Source: a bacterium (GTDB lineage: Bacteria > Eisenbacteria > RBG-16-71-46). Taken from it: 33,702 nucleotides of DNA. Positions 7,684-15,510 of this stretch are shown in pieces (within the stretch, counting starts at the first letter, position 1; the number at the start of each line of letters is the position of its first letter). The notes under the pieces are model-generated. The model saw nothing but the letters and a program-made list of their open reading frames with translations. It was not told where the DNA came from and made no database searches. The stretch covers positions 1 through 33,702 of the forward strand of contig JANNKI010000094.1 in the NCBI GenBank assembly GCA_031396225.1, given 5' to 3'. The position numbers were made by a program, and so were the translations under genes.

Positions 7684-8358
7684 TCAGTCCTCCCAGAGAT
7701 GGTCGTAGAGTAACAGGCTCACGCCGAACAACGCCACCGCGTAAGCTGCGAGCAGCTGTGCGTCGCCCGCGATCGGCAGGCCGTCCCACTGCGCGCGCGT
7801 GCCCGAGACGCCCGAAGCGAGCACGGGCAGCAGCAGCGGCAGGGACACGCCCGCGAACAGCGCGCCGCGATTGCGCGTCTGCGCGATCACCGCGCCCACC
7901 AGCGTGCTCGAGGCGGCCAGCGACAGGGTGCCGAGCCCGAGCACCACGAGGAACGGGCCCCAACGCACAGGCGGGGCGGCGGTCAGCACCAGGAACAGCG
8001 GCACCGTCACGGCCTCGACCACGAGCAGGAACAGGATGTTGAACAGCAGCTTGCCGAGCGCGATCTCGGTGGGGGAGGCGAGCAGGCGCAACATCAACAG
8101 CGTGCGGCTCTCCACCTCGCGCACGAACGCGTGGCTCATGGAGGCGAGTGCTGCGAACAGCAGCGTGATCCACAACAGCGCCGACAGCAGATCCGGGCGG
8201 TCGGGAAGCCGGCCGGCCGCGAACGTGACCGCCGTGAGGCTGGTGACGGCAAAGAGCACAGCCGCGTTCAGGCCGAAGCGTGTGCGCCACTCGCTTCGGC
8301 ACTCCTTACGAAGGATCGCCCAGACCGCGGCCGTGGAGCTCGAGGCGCCGTTCGGCAA
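7684..8358 (-). CDS. ccmB: Heme exporter permease CcmB
   Basis: This is a polytopic protein at the ccmB position. Its N-terminus 'VWAILRKECRSEWRTRFGL' is CcmB-like. The only in-frame start is TTG at 8358, which overlaps the ccmA 3' end by 53 nt. Confidence 0.82.
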   Translation of the reverse strand: MPNGASSSTAAVWAILRKECRSEWRTRFGLNAAVLFAVTSLTAVTFAAGRLPDRPDLLSALLWITLLFAALASMSHAFVREVESRTLLMLRLLASPTEIALGKLLFNILFLLVVEAVTVPLFLVLTAAPPVRWGPFLVVLGLGTLSLAASSTLVGAVIAQTRNRGALFAGVSLPLLLPVLASGVSGTRAQWDGLPIAGDAQLLAAYAVALFGVSLLLYDHLWED

Positions 8359-8962
8359 GCTGGACCTCCTGGGGATCGTTGGTGGCGATGAGCACCAGCC
8401 CGTGCGTGGCCTGGTGCCGGACGACCTCTCGCACCGCGTCGCGTCCGGCGTCGTCCAGGTGACCGCCCGGCTCGTCGAGCAGCAGCAATGGCGGCTCGTG
8501 CAGCAACGCGAACGCCAGCCGCAGGCGCTGTTTCATGCCGCTCGAGTAGGACGCAACCCGGTCACGCGCGCGCGCGGCGAGCCCGACTCTCTCGAGCACG
8601 GCGCGAGCGGCCTCGGCCGGGTCGGCGAGGCGGCGACACTCGCCAGCGAACAGCAGGTTCTCGAGCGCGGAGAACTCTTCATAGAACGCCAGGTCGGGCG
8701 TGACCAGGCCCAGCGCCGCGCGTCGCGAGCCAGGCGCGAGCTCGCGTCCGCCCACGTGCAGCGTGGTGCTGCCGGAGGTCGGCCGGAGCAGCCCCGCGAG
8801 GATGCGCAGCAGCGTGCTCTTGCCGCTGCCATTGGCTCCCGTCACCGCGACCGCGCCCGGTCCCTCCCACACGAATGCCAGTCCGTCCACGCCGGTCACG
8901 CGGCGGCCGAAGCGATGGGACAGCTGATCGGCCTTGAGCCCGACCGCGATCGCGACGCTCAA
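8306..8962 (-). CDS. ccmA: Heme exporter ABC ATPase CcmA
   Basis: Walker A 'GANGSGKST', signature 'SSGMKQRLRLA' and Walker B 'LLLLDEP' are all present. I trimmed to the TTG at 8962, which overlaps the nrnA stop (TTGA). The start is uncertain. Confidence 0.85.
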   Translation of the reverse strand: MSVAIAVGLKADQLSHRFGRRVTGVDGLAFVWEGPGAVAVTGANGSGKSTLLRILAGLLRPTSGSTTLHVGGRELAPGSRRAALGLVTPDLAFYEEFSALENLLFAGECRRLADPAEAARAVLERVGLAARARDRVASYSSGMKQRLRLAFALLHEPPLLLLDEPGGHLDDAGRDAVREVVRHQATHGLVLIATNDPQEVQLAERRLELHGRGLGDPS

Positions 8963-10008
8963 GCCGACGCCCCGCGAGTCGGCGTGACCGAGCCGTCGAG
9001 CGGCGGCAGCTCGGCGAGCAGCCGTTCGAGCTCGGGAAGCACGCGTGCGCGGGCCTGCTCGCGGGTGCCGCGCAACTGCACGCCGGCCGCATGCGGGTGA
9101 CCGCCCCCGCCCAGCCGCGAGCACACGCCGTCGATGTTCACGCGCCCTGTGGAGCGCAGGCTCACCTTCACCTTGCCGGGCTCCACTTCGCTGAACAGCG
9201 CCACCGCCTCAACGCCCTCGATGGCCCTCGGCATGTCCACGAGGCCCTCGGTGTCCGCGCCCACGAGCCCATGTCGCAGGAACTGCTCCGGGCTCACCTC
9301 GAGCACGACGAGCTGGCCGCCCTGCCGCATCTCGAGCGCGGCGAGCGCCTCGCCGAAGAAGCGCAACCGGCCCGGCGGCGCGCTCTGGTGCACGCGCGCC
9401 GTGAGGTCGGCGGGGTCCACGCCCAGCTCCACCAGGTCCGCGGCCATGCGCAGCGCGCGCGCGTCGGTGTTCGAGTAGCGGAAGTTGCCGGTGTCGGTGA
9501 CGAGCCCCACGTAAAGCGCATCGGCGGCCATGGCGTCCACGTTCACTCCCGACTCGAGCATGAGCTCGTAGACCAGCACCGCCGCCGCCGCGCAGGCCGG
9601 CTCGATCACGTTCACCTGGCCGAACCCGTCGTGGGAGACGTGGTGATCCACCACCGCCACCGCAAGAACGTGCTGGTCCAGGTGCGGGCTCAGCCGGCCG
9701 ATACGCTGGCGGTTGCCGGTGTCGATGACCACGAGCGCGTCCGCCTCGGCGAAGCGCGTCTCGGCCAGCGCCTCGGAGTACACCTCGACGGGTCCGGCGG
9801 CAGCCAGCCAGTCGAATGCCCGGGGCGTGGGTGAGTCATTGAGGATGCGCACCTGCTTGCCGAGCGCACGCAGCATGCGTGCGAACGCGATCTCGCTGCC
9901 GATGGCATCGCCGTCGGGGTTCACGTGCGTGCTGAGCAGGAAGCGGTTGTGCCTCGCCACGAACTGATGCAGCGCGGCGCGATCGGGCGTGGCGGGTGCG
10001 CGGCTCAT
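8959..10008 (-). CDS. nrnA: DHH/DHHA1 phosphoesterase (NrnA-type nanoRNase / pAp phosphatase)
   Basis: Motifs 'HVNPDGDAIGS', 'VVDHHVSH', 'GLVTDTGNFRYSNT' and 'GGGGHPHAAG' are present. The ATG at 10008 overlaps the pdxT stop (ATGA). Confidence 0.85.
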   Translation of the reverse strand: MSRAPATPDRAALHQFVARHNRFLLSTHVNPDGDAIGSEIAFARMLRALGKQVRILNDSPTPRAFDWLAAAGPVEVYSEALAETRFAEADALVVIDTGNRQRIGRLSPHLDQHVLAVAVVDHHVSHDGFGQVNVIEPACAAAAVLVYELMLESGVNVDAMAADALYVGLVTDTGNFRYSNTDARALRMAADLVELGVDPADLTARVHQSAPPGRLRFFGEALAALEMRQGGQLVVLEVSPEQFLRHGLVGADTEGLVDMPRAIEGVEAVALFSEVEPGKVKVSLRSTGRVNIDGVCSRLGGGGHPHAAGVQLRGTREQARARVLPELERLLAELPPLDGSVTPTRGASA

Positions 10009-10592
10009 CGCGTCGCCGCCACGGGAAGCCCGGCCACGTCGCGCAGGAACCACGCGTGCAGGCGGCGGTCGGGCGTGAGTTCGGGATGGAACGCGAGCGC
10101 CGCGATCCGGCCCTGTCGCACGCCCACCGCCTCGCGGCCGTAGCGGGCGATCACCTGCACGCCCTTCCCCACCCGCGTGATGCGCGGCGCGCGGATGAAC
10201 ACGCCCACCATGTCCGCGCCAAGTCCTTCGAGCTGCACGGCTTCCGTGAAAGAGTGCACCTGCCGGCCCCAGGCGTTGCGCCGCGCAGTGATGTCCAGCA
10301 CGCCCAGCGTGGGCCGCGGCAAGCGGTCGGCCTGCTTGGCGAGCAGGAGCAGGCCAGCGCAGGTTCCCAGGACGGGCGACGTGCGAACGAAGCGTTCGAG
10401 CGGTGCGCGCAGCCCCGTGGCATCCAGCAGCCGCAACATGGTCGAGGATTCGCCGCCCGGCAGGATCAACGCCGCCAGGCCCGCGAGGTGCTCGGGCAGC
10501 GAGACGCGCACCGGCTCCACGCCCAGCTCGCGAAGCGCCGCGGAGTGGAGCGCGAAGTCGCCCTGCAGGCTCAGCACGCCCACGCGAGGCAC
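10005..10592 (-). CDS. pdxT: Pyridoxal 5'-phosphate synthase glutaminase subunit PdxT
   Basis: Motifs 'VGVLSLQGD', 'LILPGGESST', the catalytic 'GTCAGLLLL' and 'FHPELT' are present. The start is uncertain. GTG at 10592 or 10583 gives a canonical N-terminus. The ORF-track start at 10706 is TTG and adds a 38-aa extension with lower GC3. Confidence 0.85.
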   Translation of the reverse strand: MPRVGVLSLQGDFALHSAALRELGVEPVRVSLPEHLAGLAALILPGGESSTMLRLLDATGLRAPLERFVRTSPVLGTCAGLLLLAKQADRLPRPTLGVLDITARRNAWGRQVHSFTEAVQLEGLGADMVGVFIRAPRITRVGKGVQVIARYGREAVGVRQGRIAALAFHPELTPDRRLHAWFLRDVAGLPVAATR

Positions 10593-10686
10593 GCCGCTGG
10601 TCTTTTGGTGGGCTGCGCTCGCGGGAATGGCGACTGGCGCGCGTCGTCGGGCGCCGCCGGCGCGGCGCACGGCGCCCGACCGGCGT

Positions 10687-11697
10687 TCACCAGCCACGTT
10701 TCGCAAGCAGCTCGCCCTCGGACAGTGTCTCGAGCGAGATGCCGCGCATGGCCTGCGGCAATCCCGTGCTGATCTCCACCAGCAGGTCGGGGCGGTCCCA
10801 GTTCGCCACGGCCTGCACCATGGCGCGCGCGGTGCGCGCCTGGTCCTTGCGCGCCTCTTTCGGCTTGTCGGGGTCGCCCACCTCGAAGATACCCGAGCCC
10901 ACGAACACGGCCTCGGCGCCCAACTTCATCATGAGTGCGGCATCTGCCGGCGTGGCCACGCCGCCCGCGGCGAAGTTCGGCACCGGTAGCTTGCCCGTGC
11001 GGGCCACCTCGCGCACCAGCTCGAACGGCGCGCCGAGCGTCTTGGCCTCGGCCATCAGCTCGTCGGCGGTGAGCGTGGTGAGCCGCTTCATGTGCGAGAC
11101 GACGGTGCGCATGTGGCGCACGGCCTCGACCACGTTGCCCGTACCAGCCTCACCCTTGGTGCGGATCATGGCCGCGCCCTCGCCGATCCGGCGCAGCGCC
11201 TCGCCCAGGTCGCGGCATCCGCACACGAACGGCGCCCGGAACTCATGCTTCCAGACGTGGTTCGTCTCGTCGGCCGGTGTGAGGACTTCGGACTCGTCGA
11301 TGAAGTCGATCTCGAGCGCTTCGAGGATCTGCGCCTCGACGATGTGCCCGATGCGGCACTTGGCCATGACCGGGATATCCACCGCAGCCTGGATGCGACG
11401 GATCATGGACGGGTCGCTCATGCGCGCCACGCCGCCGGTCCTGCGGATCTGCGACGGGATGCGCTCGAGCGCCATGACCGCCGCGGCGCCGGCCTCCTGG
11501 GCGATCACGGCCTGCTCGGCATTCATGACATCCATGATGACGCCGCCCTTGAGCATCTCGGCGAGCCCGACCTTGAGACGGTAGGTCGCCTCCGGCGACG
11601 GCGGCGCGGAATCGCGCGAGGTCGCGGGCGCGGACTTGCGACTGCCGTTCGTGTGCGGCGCCGGCGCGCCGGCCCGGCTGTGCTTCGTGCGTTTCAT
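10687..11697 (-). CDS. pdxS: Pyridoxal 5'-phosphate synthase lyase subunit PdxS, with a basic, low-complexity N-terminal extension
   Basis: Motifs 'LKGGVIMDV', 'MAKCRIGH', '[18 protein letters not shown]' and '[16 protein letters not shown]' are present. The ATG at 11697 is preceded by AGGAGG. Confidence 0.93.
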   Translation of the reverse strand: MKRTKHSRAGAPAPHTNGSRKSAPATSRDSAPPSPEATYRLKVGLAEMLKGGVIMDVMNAEQAVIAQEAGAAAVMALERIPSQIRRTGGVARMSDPSMIRRIQAAVDIPVMAKCRIGHIVEAQILEALEIDFIDESEVLTPADETNHVWKHEFRAPFVCGCRDLGEALRRIGEGAAMIRTKGEAGTGNVVEAVRHMRTVVSHMKRLTTLTADELMAEAKTLGAPFELVREVARTGKLPVPNFAAGGVATPADAALMMKLGAEAVFVGSGIFEVGDPDKPKEARKDQARTARAMVQAVANWDRPDLLVEISTGLPQAMRGISLETLSEGELLAKRGW

Positions 11698-11726
11698 GGC
11701 TGCATCCTCCTGTTCGGCTGCTGGCA

Positions 11727-11754
11727 CGCGCTCGCGGCTCGGGCCGCACGCGCG
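11727..11754 (-). promoter_or_regulatory. GC-rich interrupted stem-loop between nifS and pdxS (possible attenuator, processing or termination element)
   Basis: On the plus strand it reads CGCGC-tc-GCGGC-tcgg-GCCGC-ac-GCGCG, which gives two 5-bp helices around a 2x2 internal loop. There is no U-tract. Confidence 0.2.
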
Positions 11755-11763
11755 AGATCGTTT

Positions 11764-12933
11764 CTACGCGGTCCGCTCCATTCCCGGCCCGGCGAGCGCG
11801 CGCAGCCGCTCCACCACGGGCGGCAACACTTCACCGATGCGGTCGATGTCGTCCTCGGTATTGTCCTCGCCCAACGAGAACCGCACGCTCGCGTGCGCAT
11901 CCTCGGGACGGAGCCCCATGGCCGTGAGCACGTGGCTCGGCCCCGGCTCGCCGCTGCTGCATGCGCTGCCGGTGGACACCAGGATGCCCGCGCGGTCCAG
12001 TTCGTGCAGCACCGCCTCGCCGTCCACGCCCGCCAGGCACACGTTGACGATGCCCCCGACGCGACGATTCAAGTCGCCGTTGAGCGTCGTGTGCATCACG
12101 CGCGAAAGGATCAGCGCCAACAGGCGCTCGCCCAGCGCGGCAACCCGCTGCGGCACGCCGCTCACGAGCCCGGCTCGCGCACGCGCGGCCGCCACGCCCA
12201 TGCCCACGAGTGCCGCCACGGCCTCGGTGCCCGCGCGGCGCCCGCGCTCGTGCCGGCCGCCGTGCACAAGCGGCTCGAGCCTCGTGCGCCGGCGCACGAA
12301 CAGCGCGGCCGCGCCCTGCGGTCCGTGGAACTTGTGCGCCGCGAGGCTGGCCAGGTCCGCCTGCCAGCCGTCCACCGCGAGCGCGAGCTTCCCGGGGGCC
12401 TGCACGGCGTCCACGTGGAACAGCGCCCCGCACTCCTTGACGAGCGGGCCGAGCTCTTCGAGCGGCTGGATCACGCCGGTCTCGTTGTTCACCGCCATCA
12501 CGCTCACCAGCGCCACGTCGTCACCCAGCGCGCCCGCCAGTTCGTCCGGGTCCACGGCGCCGTTCGGTCGCACCGGCACCACCGTGAGCGCGAAGCCCTC
12601 CGCCGCGAGCGCGCGCGCCGTGGCGAGAACGGACGAGTGCTCGACGGCAGTCGTCACGATGCGCTTGCGCCCCGGCGCAGCGCGCAGCGCGCCCTGGAGC
12701 GCCAGGTTGTTGGACTCACTGCCCGTGGCCGTGAACACGACCTCTTCGGACTGGCCGCCGAACAGCCGTGCCACCTCGAGGCGGGCCGCCTCGATCGCGT
12801 CGCGTGCCGCCTCGCCGCGCGAGTGCACGCTTGAAGCGTTGCCGAAGCCCTCGCCGAGCCAGGGCAGCATGGCTTCGAGCACCTCGGGAGCGGGCCGCGT
12901 GGTGGCGGCGTGATCGGCGTACACGTGGCTCAT
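11764..12933 (-). CDS. nifS: Cysteine desulfurase (NifS/IscS class)
   Basis: The N-terminus 'MSHVYADHAATT' is followed by 'AAHKFHGPQG' (PLP Lys) and 'STGSACSSGEPGPSHVL' (active-site Cys). I trimmed the 561-aa ORF-track call. The ATG at 12933 overlaps the mrp stop (ATGA). The stop is TAG. Confidence 0.92.
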   Translation of the reverse strand: MSHVYADHAATTRPAPEVLEAMLPWLGEGFGNASSVHSRGEAARDAIEAARLEVARLFGGQSEEVVFTATGSESNNLALQGALRAAPGRKRIVTTAVEHSSVLATARALAAEGFALTVVPVRPNGAVDPDELAGALGDDVALVSVMAVNNETGVIQPLEELGPLVKECGALFHVDAVQAPGKLALAVDGWQADLASLAAHKFHGPQGAAALFVRRRTRLEPLVHGGRHERGRRAGTEAVAALVGMGVAAARARAGLVSGVPQRVAALGERLLALILSRVMHTTLNGDLNRRVGGIVNVCLAGVDGEAVLHELDRAGILVSTGSACSSGEPGPSHVLTAMGLRPEDAHASVRFSLGEDNTEDDIDRIGEVLPPVVERLRALAGPGMERTA

Positions 12934-13997
12934 GCGGGCGTGCCCACCGAGGCCCCGAGCGTGGTGATGCTGATGCGCTGGGCGAGCAGGCCGGCGATGG
13001 TCTTGAACGCGCGTGACGTGGCGCCGTCGGGATCCACCGCCACGACCGGAGCGCCGGTGTCGCCACCGCGACGCACCGCGGACTCGAGCGGGAGTGCACC
13101 CAGGAACGGCAGCCCGAGCGCCAGCGCGCGCGTCTGCGCGTCGCCGCTCGAGAAGATGTCGTGGCGGGCGTTGCACTGGTCGCAGATGAAGTAACTCATG
13201 TTCTCGACCACACCCAGCACGGGCACCGACAGCTTGTCGAACATGCGAATCGCCTTGACCGAGTCCTCGATGGCCACCGTGCTTGGCGTGGTCACGATGA
13301 CGGCACCGGTCACGACCGTCTGCTGGATCAGCGACAGCTGCACGTCGCCGGTGCCGGGCGGCAGGTCCACGAGCAGGTAGTCGCATCCCGACCAGTCCAC
13401 GTCGCCGAGGAATGACTTGATGGCGCCGTGGAGCATGGGGCCCCGCCACACCACGGCCTCGCCCGCTTCGACCAGCAGGCCCATGGACATGAAGCGGATG
13501 CCGTGTGCTTCGAGCGGCACGATGCGGCCCTCGCGCTGGTAGGGCTGGCGCTGCACGCCCAGCATGCGCGGCAGGTTCGGGCCGTAGATGTCGGCGTCCA
13601 GCAGGCCCACGCTCGCGCCGGTCTGGGCGAGTGCGATGGCGAGATTCGCGGCCACCGTGCTCTTGCCGACGCCGCCCTTGCCGGAGCCCACGGCGATGAC
13701 GTGGCCGACGCCCTCGAGCGCTTTGCGGTCCGCGGAGGGGTCCTTGGGCTTCCGCACACGGCTGGTGGTGTGGAGGTCCACCTCGGTCACGCCCGGGATG
13801 AGCGTGACGGCCGCGCGGCAGTCATTCTCGATCTGCGCCTTGAGGGGGCAGGCCGACGTGGTGAGGACAAGCGTGAAGCGCACCCGGCCGCCCTCGATCT
13901 CGATGCCCTCGATCATGCCGAGCGTGACGAGGTCGCGGTGCAGGTCGGGATCGTTCACCGTGCCGAGCGCGGCGAGGACGGCTTCAGGGGTGATCAA
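12930..13997 (-). CDS. apbC: Fe-S cluster carrier ATPase Mrp/ApbC/NBP35 with an N-terminal DUF59-like domain
   Basis: Motifs 'VNDPDLHRDLVTLGMI', the deviant Walker A 'GSGKGGVGKST' and the CxxC 'FICDQCN' are present. The start is TTG at 13997 (GAGG lies 5 nt upstream) or TTG at 14084. Confidence 0.9.
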   Translation of the reverse strand: MITPEAVLAALGTVNDPDLHRDLVTLGMIEGIEIEGGRVRFTLVLTTSACPLKAQIENDCRAAVTLIPGVTEVDLHTTSRVRKPKDPSADRKALEGVGHVIAVGSGKGGVGKSTVAANLAIALAQTGASVGLLDADIYGPNLPRMLGVQRQPYQREGRIVPLEAHGIRFMSMGLLVEAGEAVVWRGPMLHGAIKSFLGDVDWSGCDYLLVDLPPGTGDVQLSLIQQTVVTGAVIVTTPSTVAIEDSVKAIRMFDKLSVPVLGVVENMSYFICDQCNARHDIFSSGDAQTRALALGLPFLGALPLESAVRRGGDTGAPVVAVDPDGATSRAFKTIAGLLAQRISITTLGASVGTPA

Positions 13998-14085
13998 GGG
14001 CGCCTCATTTGGGTGTTGAGTGCCTCCGGCGACGTGGAATGACGGGTGCCTCCGGCACCCACGCGGCGATGCGTTCGTTCCCAAC

Positions 14086-14202
14086 TCAGCGGCGCGAGCG
14101 GTGGCGCTCCCACCACTCGCGTGCGCCGTTCAGTGCGATGGCGAGCAGGACGGTGCCGCCGATCAGGACCGCGGCGATGACCAGTCCGTAGCCGTAGAAC
14201 AC
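14086..14202 (-). CDS. Candidate 38-aa single-pass membrane micro-protein between nfu and mrp. Not in the ORF track.
   Basis: My own translation is V(M)FYGYGLVIAAVLIGGTVLLAIALNGAREWWERHRSRR*. By my count 35 of its 38 codons end in G/C. It has a clean TM helix followed by a basic tail. The GTG lies 3 nt after the nfu TAG, and its TGA ends 1 nt before the alternative mrp TTG start. Confidence 0.45.
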   Translation of the reverse strand: MFYGYGLVIAAVLIGGTVLLAIALNGAREWWERHRSRR

Positions 14203-14205
14203 GCG

Positions 14206-14427
14206 CTACTCGGCGTGCACCTGCGTGACTTGCGGCAGCTTGTAGCGTAGGTACCGCTCGATGCCATTGCGCAACGTGGTGGTGGAGCTGGAACAACCGC
14301 TGCAAGAACCGTGCAGTCGGATGGTCACGACACCCTCATCACTCACGTTCACGAGTTCGAGGTCGCCGCCGTCCGACTGGACCATGGGGCGAAGTTGCTG
14401 GATGACTTCCTCGACCTGTTCTCGCAT
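14206..14427 (-). CDS. NifU C-terminal-domain (Nfu-type) Fe-S scaffold/carrier protein, 73 aa
   Basis: The sequence 'MREQVEEVIQQLRPMVQSDGGDLELV...LHGSCSGCSSS' contains the CxxC. The ATG at 14427 is preceded by GGAGG. I trimmed the 436-aa ORF-track call. The stop is TAG. Confidence 0.88.
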   Translation of the reverse strand: MREQVEEVIQQLRPMVQSDGGDLELVNVSDEGVVTIRLHGSCSGCSSSTTTLRNGIERYLRYKLPQVTQVHAE

Positions 14428-14535
14428 ATTCCCTCCGGACCCGCGGCCGGCCGCGCGGGCGGGTCGCCGAGGCGTTCCGCGGCTCGTGGTCAGCCTCGGT
14501 CCCATCTCTCTAAGTGCAAGGTAACACGATAGACT

Positions 14536-15510
14536 ATGCCCCATGAGATGACCCGTCAAAGCCCGGCGCCCCCATCGGGCGACCGAATTGGCCCGGGCCT
14601 GACGAACGCAATGCACGTGGCCGAACACCCTTCGTCGCAGGACGCCCGGGCGCCCTTCCCGGAGCAGCCGTTCCTCCACCTGGACGTGCTGTGGGTGCAG
14701 GTGGCCGGCACGCTCTGCAACCTCACCTGCACGCATTGCTTCGTGACGTGCGGACCGCACGAGGAGCGCCACGCCCTCATGACGCGTGCCGAAGTCGCCG
14801 CGCGCGTCGCCGAGGCGCTGGCGATGGGCGTGAAGGAGGTCTACTTGACGGGCGGCGAGCCGTTCCTGAATCCCGCCCTCGAGGGGATCGTGGAAGACAC
14901 GCTCGCGCAGGCTCCGGTCACCATCCTCACGAACGGCACGCTGTTCACCTCCGGCCGCGTGCGCTGGCTCGCCGCGCTCACGCGCACGAGCCGCTTCTCG
15001 TTGGAACTGCGCGTATCGCTGGACGGCGCCGACCCGGCCTCGCACGAAGCATTCCGCGGCGAGGGCACGTGGCGGCGCACCATGGCGGGCCTGCGTTTGC
15101 TTGCCGAGGTGGGCCTCCTGCCCATCGTCACGCTCACACGGCCGATGCACGTTGACGCGGGGGAACTGGCCGCGCGCTGCCGCGCGGCGCTCCGCGCCGA
15201 AGGCTTGGCCGACGTGCGGATGAAGCTGCTTCCCATGTTCGCGCTGGGCCGTGAGGCCACGCGCCCCGGAGGTGCTCCTGCCCCAGCTTCGCTCGCTTCG
15301 CTTCCGCTGGAGGCCTTCGATCCGAATCGGCTCCAGTGCGGCGCTTGCCGGGCCGTCACGAGCCGCGGCGTGTTCGTGTGTCCGCTGCTCGTGGACGAGC
15401 GCGGGGGTCGCATGAGTGACACGTTGGCCGGGGCTGCGCGCGCGTTTCCGCTGGCGCACGACGCGTGCGCGACTTGCTGGGCCACGGGCATGACGTGCGC
15501 GAACGAGTGA
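14536..15510 (+). CDS. Radical SAM protein with a Cys-rich (SPASM/twitch-like) C-terminal region; function unknown
   Basis: The CX3CX2C motif 'CNLTCTHC' and 'YLTGGEPFL' are present. C-terminal cysteines are 'CGACRAVTSRGVFVC' and 'CATCWATGMTC'. The start is uncertain (ATG at 14536, 14548 or 14611). Confidence 0.85.
   Translation: MPHEMTRQSPAPPSGDRIGPGLTNAMHVAEHPSSQDARAPFPEQPFLHLDVLWVQVAGTLCNLTCTHCFVTCGPHEERHALMTRAEVAARVAEALAMGVKEVYLTGGEPFLNPALEGIVEDTLAQAPVTILTNGTLFTSGRVRWLAALTRTSRFSLELRVSLDGADPASHEAFRGEGTWRRTMAGLRLLAEVGLLPIVTLTRPMHVDAGELAARCRAALRAEGLADVRMKLLPMFALGREATRPGGAPAPASLASLPLEAFDPNRLQCGACRAVTSRGVFVCPLLVDERGGRMSDTLAGAARAFPLAHDACATCWATGMTCANE

Noticed and set aside
11764-13449. ORF-track calls with long N-terminal extensions. 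These are nifS (561 aa), rarA (747 aa), cbiO (607 aa), aroE (481 aa), lgt (650 aa), rodA (655 aa), nfu (436 aa), mreD (324 aa), comF (353 aa) and arsC (229 aa).
   Set aside because: The extensions run through the upstream gene in a different frame and are Arg/Pro-rich. In each case a start codon at the canonical family N-terminus coincides with the stop of the upstream gene. I therefore trimmed the calls.
14536-15510. The radical SAM gene as ArsS (the arsenosugar biosynthesis radical SAM enzyme). I considered this because of the 'CN..C.HC.V..GP....M' similarity and the ars genes in the window.
   Set aside because: The C-terminal Cys-rich region does not match my recollection of the ArsS-specific C-terminal domain. 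The gene is about 13 kb from the ars pair, and no arsM is present. The resemblance is limited to the generic radical-SAM core.
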